Below are positions 16,067 to 24,831 of a DNA stretch of 35,876 nucleotides, in pieces (the stretch's first letter is position 1; each line of letters starts with the position of its first letter). The stretch spans positions 1-35,876 of IMG/VR virus record IMGVR_UViG_3300017565_000340; one strand, 5' to 3'. The notes under the pieces were generated by a model. That model ran no database searches. It had not been told where the DNA came from and saw only the letters and a program-made list of their open reading frames with translations. The position numbers and the translations under genes are program-made. The DNA is from a virus. Lineage: Duplodnaviria; Caudoviricetes.

Positions 16067-16660
16067 CTATCGCGTGATTGGAGCAGCAGCAGGACCGCAG
16101 CGGCCGGAAATTGGGTTGCAGACGGTGCCGCTTGCGGCATCAGTGATGGCAAAAACGCCGTACCGGTTGCCGGTGCTGGTGCTGATAACGAATGGATCGG
16201 CCAGCGGGGTGGCGCCCGTCGCCGCACTCAGCTTGGCATGACCTGACGCAACGAATTCGCGGGCTGTATTCACGGTGTTAATGAATCGAAATGCGACGAT
16301 GTATTCAATGCCCGGCGTGAGCGCCCAGCTGACCGAAGCGATCGCACGCTCATCCCCGCCGCCGATTACTCGAGAAACGGTCGCGCTGCCAATTTCGGCC
16401 AGCGTGTCCTTTCGGTAGACGCCAACTTCAACCTGCTCACCGGATGGAAAGTTGCCGACAAACCAGAACCCGACTGCCGTTACGTTCTCCCCTACAACGG
16501 CAACCCTGGATTCGCTGGTCGCGTAACTCAGGTAATGGGCATCGGAGGAACTGCCGGTATAGCCACTGGCAAACCTGACGTCGTTTCCAATCGTTGCCGC
16601 GAACGACAGCGACGCAACACACCACAGTAAGGCCGCCAGGAGAACCTTTTTGGCTATCAT
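16067..16660 (-). CDS. Beta-rich protein with Sec-type signal peptide
   Basis: MIAKKVLLAALLWCVASLSFA|A; VEVGVY and ALTPG.EYIVAF beta-sandwich-like pattern; ATGA coupled to the upstream gene. Confidence 0.75.
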   Translation of the reverse strand: MIAKKVLLAALLWCVASLSFAATIGNDVRFASGYTGSSSDAHYLSYATSESRVAVVGENVTAVGFWFVGNFPSGEQVEVGVYRKDTLAEIGSATVSRVIGGGDERAIASVSWALTPGIEYIVAFRFINTVNTAREFVASGHAKLSAATGATPLADPFVISTSTGNRYGVFAITDAASGTVCNPISGRCGPAAAPITR

Positions 16661-17718
16661 GCGAGGTCATCCAGGTTGATGAATTTGTTACCGAACTCGT
16701 CAATGCCCGTGAGGGTGGCGAGGGTCTTATGGAAGGCCATCAACTGGGTGTAGCATTTTTGATCTTGCGTGGGATAGTCAGGAGGGTGTCCACCTGGACG
16801 GTCGCCGCCATTCCAATACGTGAATATCAACACGCCACTGAGCCACGAATCTGCGAAGCCCAGGTACTTCTTGGGGGTCCCGCCGCTAACAGTAATATCC
16901 TGGGTCTTCCACTCACCATCTTGAAACCAGTTGATGTACCTGTCGCCCAGGTACTCCATCGCAAGCTGATTGTCGTACCACAGCCTCCAGACTTGACTGG
17001 CTATATCGCTGTAAGATGGGGTGATCGCGACGCAAATATCATGGTACTGCCCATCCACCTCCAGGCATCTGTCGCACACCTTCAGAAAATTATCTTGGTT
17101 ATGCAGCCCAAGCTCGCTGTACATGGTCCAGCCATTAGGGACGCCGCCTGATCCCCACGCAATGTGATTATCCAGGCGACCAACACCGGTCGCAGTGGGA
17201 TCGCTCTGGCTACCACGAAGGAATTTTGTGAAGCCAGCCAAATCTGTAGTGAAGTCGAACCCCACAGGAAATTTCATGCGGACCGCATACCACATGGTTT
17301 CGCCGGCATATACCTTCGGGACCCCGGCGCTGGTGGAGATGCCCCCACCGAAACCTCCGTTTGTGGATGGACTGCCGCCGTTCCAGCCTCCACTGGAATT
17401 CTTTTGAATGCTGTATTCTGCGCAAGTCGTCTTTCCAGCCGCGGCCTCCCCGGACACTGCTCTAGCCCCATAACCGTTCGTGTACCTGCCCCAATAGGAA
17501 TGGCGCTTCCCTGCTACCCCAGTCCCTTCGTCCACTGAGCCAATCGCATTCCCAGGTGTTAGCCCATCGAAATCGATCAGAAGGTCGGGCGTGAACGATC
17601 CACCACCCCCGCCCCCCGGCGTCGGAAACAGCCGCGCCCCGCTCTGTATGATCGGCCCAGCCATGGCGGCGGGGATAAACAGGCCAGAGGTTGAGGCGAG
17701 GAATTGGCGGCGGTTCAT
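16657..17718 (-). CDS. Tat-signal protein, putative jelly-roll polysaccharide lyase / lectin-like domain
   Basis: MNRRQFL..AMA|G twin-arginine signal; Gly linker; GETMWYAVRMKFPVGFDF..KFLR, GQYHDI.V, RLWYDNQL and FTYWNGG patterns. Fold call is tentative. Confidence 0.7.
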   Translation of the reverse strand: MNRRQFLASTSGLFIPAAMAGPIIQSGARLFPTPGGGGGGSFTPDLLIDFDGLTPGNAIGSVDEGTGVAGKRHSYWGRYTNGYGARAVSGEAAAGKTTCAEYSIQKNSSGGWNGGSPSTNGGFGGGISTSAGVPKVYAGETMWYAVRMKFPVGFDFTTDLAGFTKFLRGSQSDPTATGVGRLDNHIAWGSGGVPNGWTMYSELGLHNQDNFLKVCDRCLEVDGQYHDICVAITPSYSDIASQVWRLWYDNQLAMEYLGDRYINWFQDGEWKTQDITVSGGTPKKYLGFADSWLSGVLIFTYWNGGDRPGGHPPDYPTQDQKCYTQLMAFHKTLATLTGIDEFGNKFINLDDLA

Positions 17719-19928
17719 GCCTTGCCACCCTGCGGCGACTGAATCGCGGTGATCACCGCGCGCATCGTCTCGCCAATGGATGCGACTTGCTGCTGCATGC
17801 TCGCTGCTGCCTGAGCGAGCTGCTGCACAACAGGCGCGAGCTGCTGAAGGATTTGCTGACTACCCTGCGCGACCTGGTCAACCTGCGCGATCTGCTGAGC
17901 GCCCACTTGTGCCGCTTGACCAACCTGACCCAGCGTCTGCTGAATCTGCTGGTCGTACTGCTGCAGGCCGGCCTCGTGCTCGGCGACTGCGTCCTTCTCG
18001 CGCACCTGCTTCTCGCCCTCGCTCTTGATCAGGTCGAGGATCTGTTGCTTCGTGACTTCCAACTGCTGCCCAGCATCGGGCTCAGCGGGCGGCGGCGCCT
18101 CGAAATTCTCCAGCGCATCCTCGACAGCACTGCCCAGGCGCGCACGCCGCACGATGGATAGCGCCACTTCCTTGGCTACCTCAACGGGCAGCCCCGTATT
18201 GACGGCACCCAGCACCTGACCAACCGCCCCAATAACTTCAGCCAAACCGGCCATGTCGCGCTCGACCGTTTCAGCCACAGTCGAGTCGGTTTCGACATCA
18301 ACCCGATAGCTGCGCAGTGCGTCCGAGCGCATGACGTCCATCACCTCATCCCACGAGGGCGACTTCAGCGCCTGCTCGACTTCCGGGGGCGGCGGCTGGC
18401 CGGTCGTCTGTGCCTGTTGCACGGCCGCCTGCGCCTGCTGCTTCTGCTCAGCCGTGGGCAGCTGCACGTTGGTGATTGATGAGAGCTGCTCGGGCGTGAA
18501 CTGCTGGGCAATGACCTCGGCCTTCAGCCGCATCAAGTCGCGCACCATGCGCTGAATCTGCCGCTGCATCTTCTGCACCCGGATCGAGCCCCATTGCGAT
18601 TTGATGCGCTGGGCACTCGCGGTCTCGTTGGGGTCTGAAGCACCGCGCAGAATGTCGCCGATGCCGATGATTTCGTAGATCGCCTGTTTGACCTGGTCTC
18701 GCGCTTGGTACAGGTTCTGCAATGCAGCCTGCAGCTTGTCAATCGGCATCAACCAAATGCCCTTGTCGAGTCCGCCCATGGCGGCGATCTCAGGCGAATT
18801 CTCGACCGGCACCATGACGTTGTCATCTGCCTCGATGACGCTCGCCAGCTCTTTCAATTGCGAGGCGTATGCGCCACGGACCTTCAGCGCATTGACGATC
18901 TTGTTGATGCGCGTGGAAATGCGGTCGAGCTCTTCAGCCTGCTCCGCATACAGTCGATACAGTGGGGTCGGGACGAAAGACCGGGAGTTCTGCACCGCGT
19001 ACGCGGGCCGCGGCATGGGCCAGAAGTCTTTCAGCTGGAGCGGATCGGGCACCACCAGACACGGCTGATGCTTGTACGTCGGCGACACAAACAGCACTCG
19101 CCGCTGGTCCTTGTCCCAAATCTCCCAGACTTCGCAGACCTTGAATATTTCGCGGACCTGCCTGTCGTCGCTGGACCTCTCGCTATCCTTGCCCTGGGTG
19201 TACTTCAGGGCGGCAGCGATCTGCGGGCCAAACTTTTCTTCAGCCATCTGCATGGTGAATTCGTGACGGAACGCGATCCAGGGCAGATCATTCCAGCGCT
19301 TGCCGGGACCGCGACGGAAATCATCCCATTGCACGTGCTCGCAGGGTACGTGTTGATCGGCAACGCGCTCGTAGGTGCCGTCACCCTCTTGCGGCGGGGC
19401 GGACTCAGCTGCCACAGGCTGGGGCTCACGATACGCACCGGCAGGCAGCGCAGGAGCAACACCATCAGCCTCCACTTGCACGAACTTTGGCTCGTACTTG
19501 ATGCGCGGAATACCTCGCCCTACCAGCAGCACATCGAGAACGACATCGGATATCTCGAAATCGAAATCGTAGTCGTCTATCTCGTACGACAGTGCGCGCT
19601 CCATGATGGTCGATACGGCCTTGCCGACGGGATCAGCATCGCGAAATCGGCGACGCACGTCCGGCTGCGGCGTCGAGTTGTAAACCGACGCAGACAGAAT
19701 TTCCGTATTGCTCCACAGGATGTTGAAGCTATTGGCCCTGGCTTTCTCGGCTTCGTACTTCTTCCAGATCGCCTCGCATTCCTTGCGCCATTCGCGCTCG
19801 GTTTCATCAGCAATATTGAGTTCAGCGAGCCAGCGCTTGACGATGCCGGCCGGCGTACTCTCAACGTCAGACGGACGCGTAAGCGTGCTCTCGGTCACGT
19901 CCTCGCCCTTTGTTTTGGGCTTGGCCAT
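17715..19928 (-). CDS. Portal protein (P22-like, long Gln-rich C-terminal barrel)
   Basis: 737 aa after terL; FNILWSN..P.PDVRRRF.D.DP, IYEI.GI.DILRG.S...ETASAQ.IK and YRVDVETDST motifs. Confidence 0.9.
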   Translation of the reverse strand: MAKPKTKGEDVTESTLTRPSDVESTPAGIVKRWLAELNIADETEREWRKECEAIWKKYEAEKARANSFNILWSNTEILSASVYNSTPQPDVRRRFRDADPVGKAVSTIMERALSYEIDDYDFDFEISDVVLDVLLVGRGIPRIKYEPKFVQVEADGVAPALPAGAYREPQPVAAESAPPQEGDGTYERVADQHVPCEHVQWDDFRRGPGKRWNDLPWIAFRHEFTMQMAEEKFGPQIAAALKYTQGKDSERSSDDRQVREIFKVCEVWEIWDKDQRRVLFVSPTYKHQPCLVVPDPLQLKDFWPMPRPAYAVQNSRSFVPTPLYRLYAEQAEELDRISTRINKIVNALKVRGAYASQLKELASVIEADDNVMVPVENSPEIAAMGGLDKGIWLMPIDKLQAALQNLYQARDQVKQAIYEIIGIGDILRGASDPNETASAQRIKSQWGSIRVQKMQRQIQRMVRDLMRLKAEVIAQQFTPEQLSSITNVQLPTAEQKQQAQAAVQQAQTTGQPPPPEVEQALKSPSWDEVMDVMRSDALRSYRVDVETDSTVAETVERDMAGLAEVIGAVGQVLGAVNTGLPVEVAKEVALSIVRRARLGSAVEDALENFEAPPPAEPDAGQQLEVTKQQILDLIKSEGEKQVREKDAVAEHEAGLQQYDQQIQQTLGQVGQAAQVGAQQIAQVDQVAQGSQQILQQLAPVVQQLAQAAASMQQQVASIGETMRAVITAIQSPQGGKA

Positions 19929-21322
19929 CAGCGCTCACCCCGTCGTGCGCGACGATGAGCGGCAATGATGTCCTGGATGCTCTGGCCGGATTGGCCATCA
20001 GACGCAGCCGGATATTTCGGTTCCTGCGGTTTGGCCTCCGGAAATTCCTCGCGCCACACCCGGCCAATGATTTCGTAGGCGTCGCAGGCATGCGACGACC
20101 AGTCATGCACGGGCTGAGCTGAGAGGATACGTAGGTCCTTGTCCCAGTCGTAGTGATACTGCCGCAGAGCATCCAAGCCGGTCTCACAGGCAGCCGCATC
20201 GATATGCGTGAATTCGAGCGACTTGCGCGCAGCCGCAATGCTGTTTTGCATGCTGGTGGCGGGCAGCACGGTCATGTGCACTCCATGCTCACGCAGCTGA
20301 GCGACAATCGAGCGACCGCCAGCGGCCAGCAGCTTATTTGCAGCATCGTGCGGGCCGTAGTGCTTTGAGTTGGCGTAGTCGTACGGCTTGCCGTGTAGCA
20401 CTTCGGCGTAGTGCTCGATGGGCTGGCCGCTCGCCTGGTAGTAGTCAATGAGGTGCACCTCGTTGCCTGAGACTTGCCACCACCAGATAGCCGTGAGATC
20501 GTCATAGCCCAGGTCCCACGCAGTGCGTACCGGCAGCTCTGGGTCGTACGGAACGACGCCAATACGTCCCGACTGTTCAGCTTTCTGAATCCACGCGGCA
20601 TACACCGCGCCAAGAATCGCAGCATCGAATGAGCAGTAATATTCCTGCTGGAATAGCGCCTCGCCCTCGGTACCACCAAACTCTGCGATGAGTTCGGCAC
20701 GTTCGGCAGCCATAGTCTGGCCACTAAATACGTCCGTATCGCCCACCGTGAGACGCTGGGCGAACCATTGCGGGTTGGCCTTGGCGGCCTCGTGGCCCCG
20801 GTACGCGTGGTTCTTGCCACGTGGCGTATAGATGCGAATGCACCAGCCACCGTTTTCAGCGAGGATCGGGCGAATGAGCGCCCAGGCTTGCGGGTTAGCC
20901 AGCGACCATTCCGAGAACACCACGCCACGGGGCGGCGAGCCCACCAATGAGTTGAAGTTGTCGCTGCCGACGACCTGCCATACCGAGCCATTAACAAGCT
21001 CGATCGACATTTCCTGTTCACGCGTGCGCTTGCGGATCGCCGGTGGGAATGCTTCGTCAATTCGGCGCATGCCGGTGTGCGGGTTGATAGCTGTCCAGAT
21101 CGCTTTGCGCGCCTGGGTAGCCTCTGGAAGCATGTGCCAGTACGTTGCCGGGTGCTGGAGCCCGTCAACACAGGTCCAGTGCAGCGAGATGTCATCCTTG
21201 CCTGATCGGCGATGCCAACACAGGTCAGCGCGCTTTCCTCCGCGCTCAAGGTAGTTCCATGCCGGTTGCTGGTAACCACGGGGGCGCCAGTTATGCGGGA
21301 TTCGAATCCGCAAAGCGGACAA
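19928..21322 (-). CDS. terL: Terminase large subunit
   Basis: PRGYQ, WHRRSGKD Walker A, VVFSEW Walker B, TPRGKNH, AWDLG, PHDA and HDWSSHACDA nuclease motifs; TTG start. Confidence 0.95.
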   Translation of the reverse strand: MSALRIRIPHNWRPRGYQQPAWNYLERGGKRADLCWHRRSGKDDISLHWTCVDGLQHPATYWHMLPEATQARKAIWTAINPHTGMRRIDEAFPPAIRKRTREQEMSIELVNGSVWQVVGSDNFNSLVGSPPRGVVFSEWSLANPQAWALIRPILAENGGWCIRIYTPRGKNHAYRGHEAAKANPQWFAQRLTVGDTDVFSGQTMAAERAELIAEFGGTEGEALFQQEYYCSFDAAILGAVYAAWIQKAEQSGRIGVVPYDPELPVRTAWDLGYDDLTAIWWWQVSGNEVHLIDYYQASGQPIEHYAEVLHGKPYDYANSKHYGPHDAANKLLAAGGRSIVAQLREHGVHMTVLPATSMQNSIAAARKSLEFTHIDAAACETGLDALRQYHYDWDKDLRILSAQPVHDWSSHACDAYEIIGRVWREEFPEAKPQEPKYPAASDGQSGQSIQDIIAAHRRARRGER

Positions 21323-21563
21323 GCTCTACGATCAGCGGACTATCGGGATCGCCGGCAATTGGTTGGGTCGCCTTGCCGTAGCCGCGGTCCAACAACTCGC
21401 GGCCCGCGGCGACTCGGGTCATCTCGCTTTTAGCCTTCAGCGCGAGGCGAGCAAGCTCCTTGATGGTAGCTTCACCATGATCCTGAGCCAGCGCCTTTAT
21501 TTCGGCCGTCGCCCTATTGGGCGTGCCCTTCTTGCGACCACCAGTTTTGCGACCGACTGCCAT
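21291..21563 (-). CDS. Terminase small subunit-like protein
   Basis: GRKTGGRKKGTPN and ELLDRGYGKATQ motifs; directly upstream of terL. Confidence 0.8.
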   Translation of the reverse strand: MAVGRKTGGRKKGTPNRATAEIKALAQDHGEATIKELARLALKAKSEMTRVAAGRELLDRGYGKATQPIAGDPDSPLIVELVRFADSNPA

Positions 21564-21686
21564 CTATTTTGCTCTACCTTCGACGCCACACGTGGGTGTG
21601 CTTCGGTGAGGGTCATTTCTACCGACGAATGATGGCTGCGTCTAAAAGTGATTCTTCAGAGGGGATGCGTGTTCATGTACACTTCG

Positions 21687-21714
21687 ATTGTGTCGCACGG
21701 ATCTGTGGTGTCAA
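21687..21714 (-). promoter_or_regulatory. Putative sigma70 late promoter
   Basis: Minus strand TTGACA-N16-CACAAT in the ~230-nt gap upstream of the terminase genes. Confidence 0.4.
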
Positions 21715-21795
21715 AGGCCGAAAGGCGTTCATAGCATACGGGGAGTGATGGGCGGTCCTTGCGCAAAGCTCAAAGACCTACAGAGCCCGCATTCA

Positions 21796-22044
21796 CTAGG
21801 GTCCGGAGAGTGGCCGGCTGATTCGTGCGACACCTCGTACACCGCACTCTCGCATCTTTCGCGTGAGCTCGTATTGTTCACGCTTCACCACGTTGTTGAT
21901 CGTGCGCACGTCGACGCCATGCTCCCTGGCTTTCTGTCGGACCGATCCCAGCCCATGCAATTGGGTCAGTGCGTCCTGATAGAGCACGTACCACTCGCGG
22001 ATTGCCGCTTCAGCCTCCGGAGTCAGTTTTCGTGGAGCACTCAC
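21796..22044 (-). CDS. Small HTH protein, possible late-gene regulator
   Basis: RKLTPE..AIREWY and SVRQKAREHGVDVRTINNVV HTH; last gene before the late operon. Confidence 0.65.
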   Translation of the reverse strand: MSAPRKLTPEAEAAIREWYVLYQDALTQLHGLGSVRQKAREHGVDVRTINNVVKREQYELTRKMRECGVRGVARISRPLSGP

Positions 22045-22062
22045 GCCTTTGCCCTCGCTCGT

Positions 22063-22449
22063 TCATATGGCCCTCACCACCTGCACTTCGATCCCATACC
22101 GCGCCGCCATCTGCCTGCGTTTGATCCTAAATTCCTGAGTCTCGAATCCCTTGGTGTCGATGACCTCGACCATGCCACCGGGACGCACCACGAGGAAATC
22201 CGCTCGGTAGATCACGCCGCCCTCCAGGTCGAACTGCGGCTGCCGCACGAACCACAGCACGTCGCCGGCTTTCCATCGCAAATGCAGCTGCTCGTAGTAG
22301 TCGCGCTCCAATTGGCTGGCAAAGTTCTTGCCGTCATGCGACTGGCAGCGGATGTTCTTGAACTTCGCTTTCTTGGGCTTCGGCCGCTGTTGATGCTCGG
22401 CGACTCGTCGGCCCATGAGGGACATGTACTCCTGCTCACTCAGGCGCAT
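22063..22449 (-). CDS. DUF1064-like PD-(D/E)xK endonuclease
   Basis: KFKN..DG..FASQLE..YY, RQPQFDL, YRADF.V, VIDTKG..T..FRIKRR. Confidence 0.85.
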   Translation of the reverse strand: MRLSEQEYMSLMGRRVAEHQQRPKPKKAKFKNIRCQSHDGKNFASQLERDYYEQLHLRWKAGDVLWFVRQPQFDLEGGVIYRADFLVVRPGGMVEVIDTKGFETQEFRIKRRQMAARYGIEVQVVRAI

Positions 22450-22622
22450 TTCGCCTTCCTCGCGTGTGCCTCTGCCTGACGCTTTGCCTCGTCGCGATCC
22501 TTGGCATAGCCCAATAGCGCGCCCTTGTGCCGTAACAGGCTCAGCGTGCCGGTGTGCGCGTACTGAGTATCAATGCGGTAGTCGCCACTGGTCTCGTGGT
22601 AGATGTCGCCTTCCCAAATCAT
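22440..22622 (-). CDS. Hypothetical protein
   Basis: 60 aa from ATG 22622 (ATGA overlap with the helicase stop); EAKRQAEAH ending. Confidence 0.55.
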   Translation of the reverse strand: MIWEGDIYHETSGDYRIDTQYAHTGTLSLLRHKGALLGYAKDRDEAKRQAEAHARKAKCA

Positions 22623-23566
22623 GATTCCCACCGAGATTTCTGCGACGTGATGAACTGCAGCGGTCGGTCCGTCTTGTGCCGCAGGAACTGCCCGCTCTGG
22701 TGCATGTGGAGCTGGATTTTCCCTATCCAATTCGCTGGTCTCAGCCCGCGATTTTTGGCAACGACCAGCAGGCCGTCAGGTGCGTCGAACGCTTTCTGCT
22801 CGGCAACATCGCGCCAGACGATGAACACATGGTCAGCCTGATCTGTGATTGCCCCAGTGCCGCGGATCGAATCCCGGCCCGGTACTTGGGTTTCATCCAC
22901 CTTCACGATGTGATGCACGAGGTGAATGTGAATACCGAGCTGGCGCGCGTAGTTGGTCAGGTGATTAACAAACACCCGCTGTCCCTCGTAGTCGTCCTGG
23001 GCCAAGCCGGTGCGCATCAGTGAATCCAGGATGAAATGCGTGCATCGCTTCTCTTTGGCCGCGTAGGCGATTAGCGCCAGCACCCGCTGGGTGTCCATCA
23101 TCCGGGTTTGGTTGTACAGCCAGAGCTTGCCGGAGACCCATTCGCAGACGAACTCGATCCAGTCATCGTGCTCGAGAACGTTTTCATCCGGCAGCGCGAG
23201 CTGCACCATGTCCGCCATGGTTTCCTCGGGCGATTCCTCCAGGCTGGCAATACAGACGCGCTGGCCAGCTCGAGCTAGATGCAGAGCCAGCAGTTTCAGC
23301 ATGGCCGTCTTGCCGTGATGGTTGATGCCGGCCCACAGGCTGAGTTTGCCACCACGCAGTCGCACCTGCGTCTCCAAGCCCGGCCACGGCAGCGGCACGC
23401 CCTCTCGAGCACCTCGGCAGTGCAACACGTCGCTGATCTGCGCCGTCAACGACATCGGGTCCACAAACCGCTGGATGTCGTCGTCGCTGAGGACATACTT
23501 GCCCCATTCGATGGGGGTTTCCTGGATTTTGACCTTAGCCAGGATGCGGTCGACGGCGGCGCTCAT
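22619..23566 (-). CDS. DnaB-like (SF4) replicative helicase
   Basis: Walker A variant WAGINHHGKT, IASLEE, Walker B FILDSL, HIHLVHH, IRGTGAITDQAD, VAKNR; start set to ATG 23566. Confidence 0.9.
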   Translation of the reverse strand: MSAAVDRILAKVKIQETPIEWGKYVLSDDDIQRFVDPMSLTAQISDVLHCRGAREGVPLPWPGLETQVRLRGGKLSLWAGINHHGKTAMLKLLALHLARAGQRVCIASLEESPEETMADMVQLALPDENVLEHDDWIEFVCEWVSGKLWLYNQTRMMDTQRVLALIAYAAKEKRCTHFILDSLMRTGLAQDDYEGQRVFVNHLTNYARQLGIHIHLVHHIVKVDETQVPGRDSIRGTGAITDQADHVFIVWRDVAEQKAFDAPDGLLVVAKNRGLRPANWIGKIQLHMHQSGQFLRHKTDRPLQFITSQKSRWES

Positions 23567-23958
23567 GGCGAAAACCATAGTTTTTGCAGCAGATCGCTGC
23601 GCCGATGCCGGGCCATGATGTCGTTGGACCACCGTCCGTCATCGTCCACGACGACATCCCCCCAGCAGGTCTGCCGCAGCGTCTCCAGCACCGCGGGGTT
23701 CGCCGTCAGCAGCGCCTGAGCCAGCCGCGCGTCCTGCGCCAGTGACGTGCGCCACTGCGCCAGGATGACGTGCAGGCCGGCCACCGGAGACCAGTCCCAG
23801 GCGTGATCCTCGGTTGGCCGCACGCGGATTGCCAGACACCCCAGGTCGTCGAGTTTCCCCGCGAAACGCCAGTCGTCCGTGACGAAGACCGTCATCGCTG
23901 GCGCAAGCTGCCTCGAGCGCAGGATGGCCAGCGCCTGAAGCTCAGATGGCGCCGGCAT
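23563..23958 (-). CDS. Hypothetical replication-module protein
   Basis: 131 aa, overlaps both initiator and helicase genes; DWSPVAGLHV motif. Confidence 0.65.
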   Translation of the reverse strand: MPAPSELQALAILRSRQLAPAMTVFVTDDWRFAGKLDDLGCLAIRVRPTEDHAWDWSPVAGLHVILAQWRTSLAQDARLAQALLTANPAVLETLRQTCWGDVVVDDDGRWSNDIMARHRRSDLLQKLWFSP

Positions 23959-24649
23959 ACGGGTCCCTCCCAGGCGGTTTGCCGTTCACAGTGGGCGGCG
24001 GTTGCCATGCCTCGAGGAACGGTTTATCAGGGCCGAGAAACGAAGCAGCCTGCTTGACGTACTCGGTTCCTGATTTGCCCGTTGCGGCGACAAACGCCGC
24101 GTAGCGTTTCGCGCCCGCGATGAATTCATCTGGCGTATGCCCTTCCGATTGCCGCGCATTCGCTGCCTTCTGCGCTCTGCGCCATCCCTGGTCGCCAGCT
24201 CGGGGTGGGTACGCCAGTTTGAAATCCAGCCACCACTCGGGGTCTGTTCCCCGTGGAACACGCCCCCTACTCTGCCTCTCCTCTGCCTCTCCTCTCGCGA
24301 GCGCGCGAGGGCTAGCATCTTGCTCGCACTCTGCTAGCGTCTCGCTATCATCTTGCTCCGCTTCCGGTAGCTCTTGAATCCATTCAATAAATTTCACATC
24401 GAACAACGGTTGCAAGTCTGGCTCTTGCTTCAGGCTTGCACGCTCCGCGATCCATTCAGGATCAGCCGGAATTTTGTTGTCGGAGCGCGCCGCTAGCAGA
24501 ATGACGCAGTATGCAAGCAGCTTGCTAGCATCCTGCAAGCGCGAGAATTCATAGTTGTCCAGCAGCTCAGTGTGAAGCTTCACCCAAGGAGGGTTACGGT
24601 CTTTGTAATGCTGGAACGTGGTCCAATTGCGAAGGCGAAAATACTTCAT
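23942..24649 (-). CDS. Replication initiator protein (lambda O-analogous)
   Basis: NW..FQHYKDRNPPWVKLH N-terminus; C-terminal F..AYPPR..A.K...Y...YVKQAASFL; internal iterons; start set to ATG 24649. Confidence 0.85.
   Translation of the reverse strand: MKYFRLRNWTTFQHYKDRNPPWVKLHTELLDNYEFSRLQDASKLLAYCVILLAARSDNKIPADPEWIAERASLKQEPDLQPLFDVKFIEWIQELPEAEQDDSETLAECEQDASPRALARGEAEERQSRGRVPRGTDPEWWLDFKLAYPPRAGDQGWRRAQKAANARQSEGHTPDEFIAGAKRYAAFVAATGKSGTEYVKQAASFLGPDKPFLEAWQPPPTVNGKPPGRDPYAGAI
24311..24357. repeat. 11-bp tandem iterons, probable replication origin
   Basis: gctagcatctt/gctcgcactct/gctagcgtctc/gctatcatctt/gct within the initiator gene, next to a pyrimidine-rich tract (~24264-24296). 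Confidence 0.7.
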
Positions 24650-24831
24650 CGCAGACCCCGCTCTACTTCCATACTCTCGACCTGCTCCGCACTTCGCTGA
24701 CTCACCAGGTCCTCCAGGACAGTCAGCCACTCACGGCGAGCCTCGGGCGTCTCAGCCGTGCACAGCGCCAACATGGCGGCGTCTATGCGCTGCTCGAGCT
24801 GGGAGTCAGGGGATAGCGCCAAGGTGGTCAT
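24646..24831 (-). CDS. Hypothetical protein
   Basis: 61 aa, ATGA-coupled on both sides; RSAEQVESME.ERGL. Confidence 0.7.
   Translation of the reverse strand: MTTLALSPDSQLEQRIDAAMLALCTAETPEARREWLTVLEDLVSQRSAEQVESMEVERGLR

Noticed and set aside
16057-16227. Longer start for the 15121 gene, which would bury its signal peptide
   Set aside because: Overlaps the 16067-16660 gene; ATG 16056 has its own RBS and follows the upstream stop by 10 nt.
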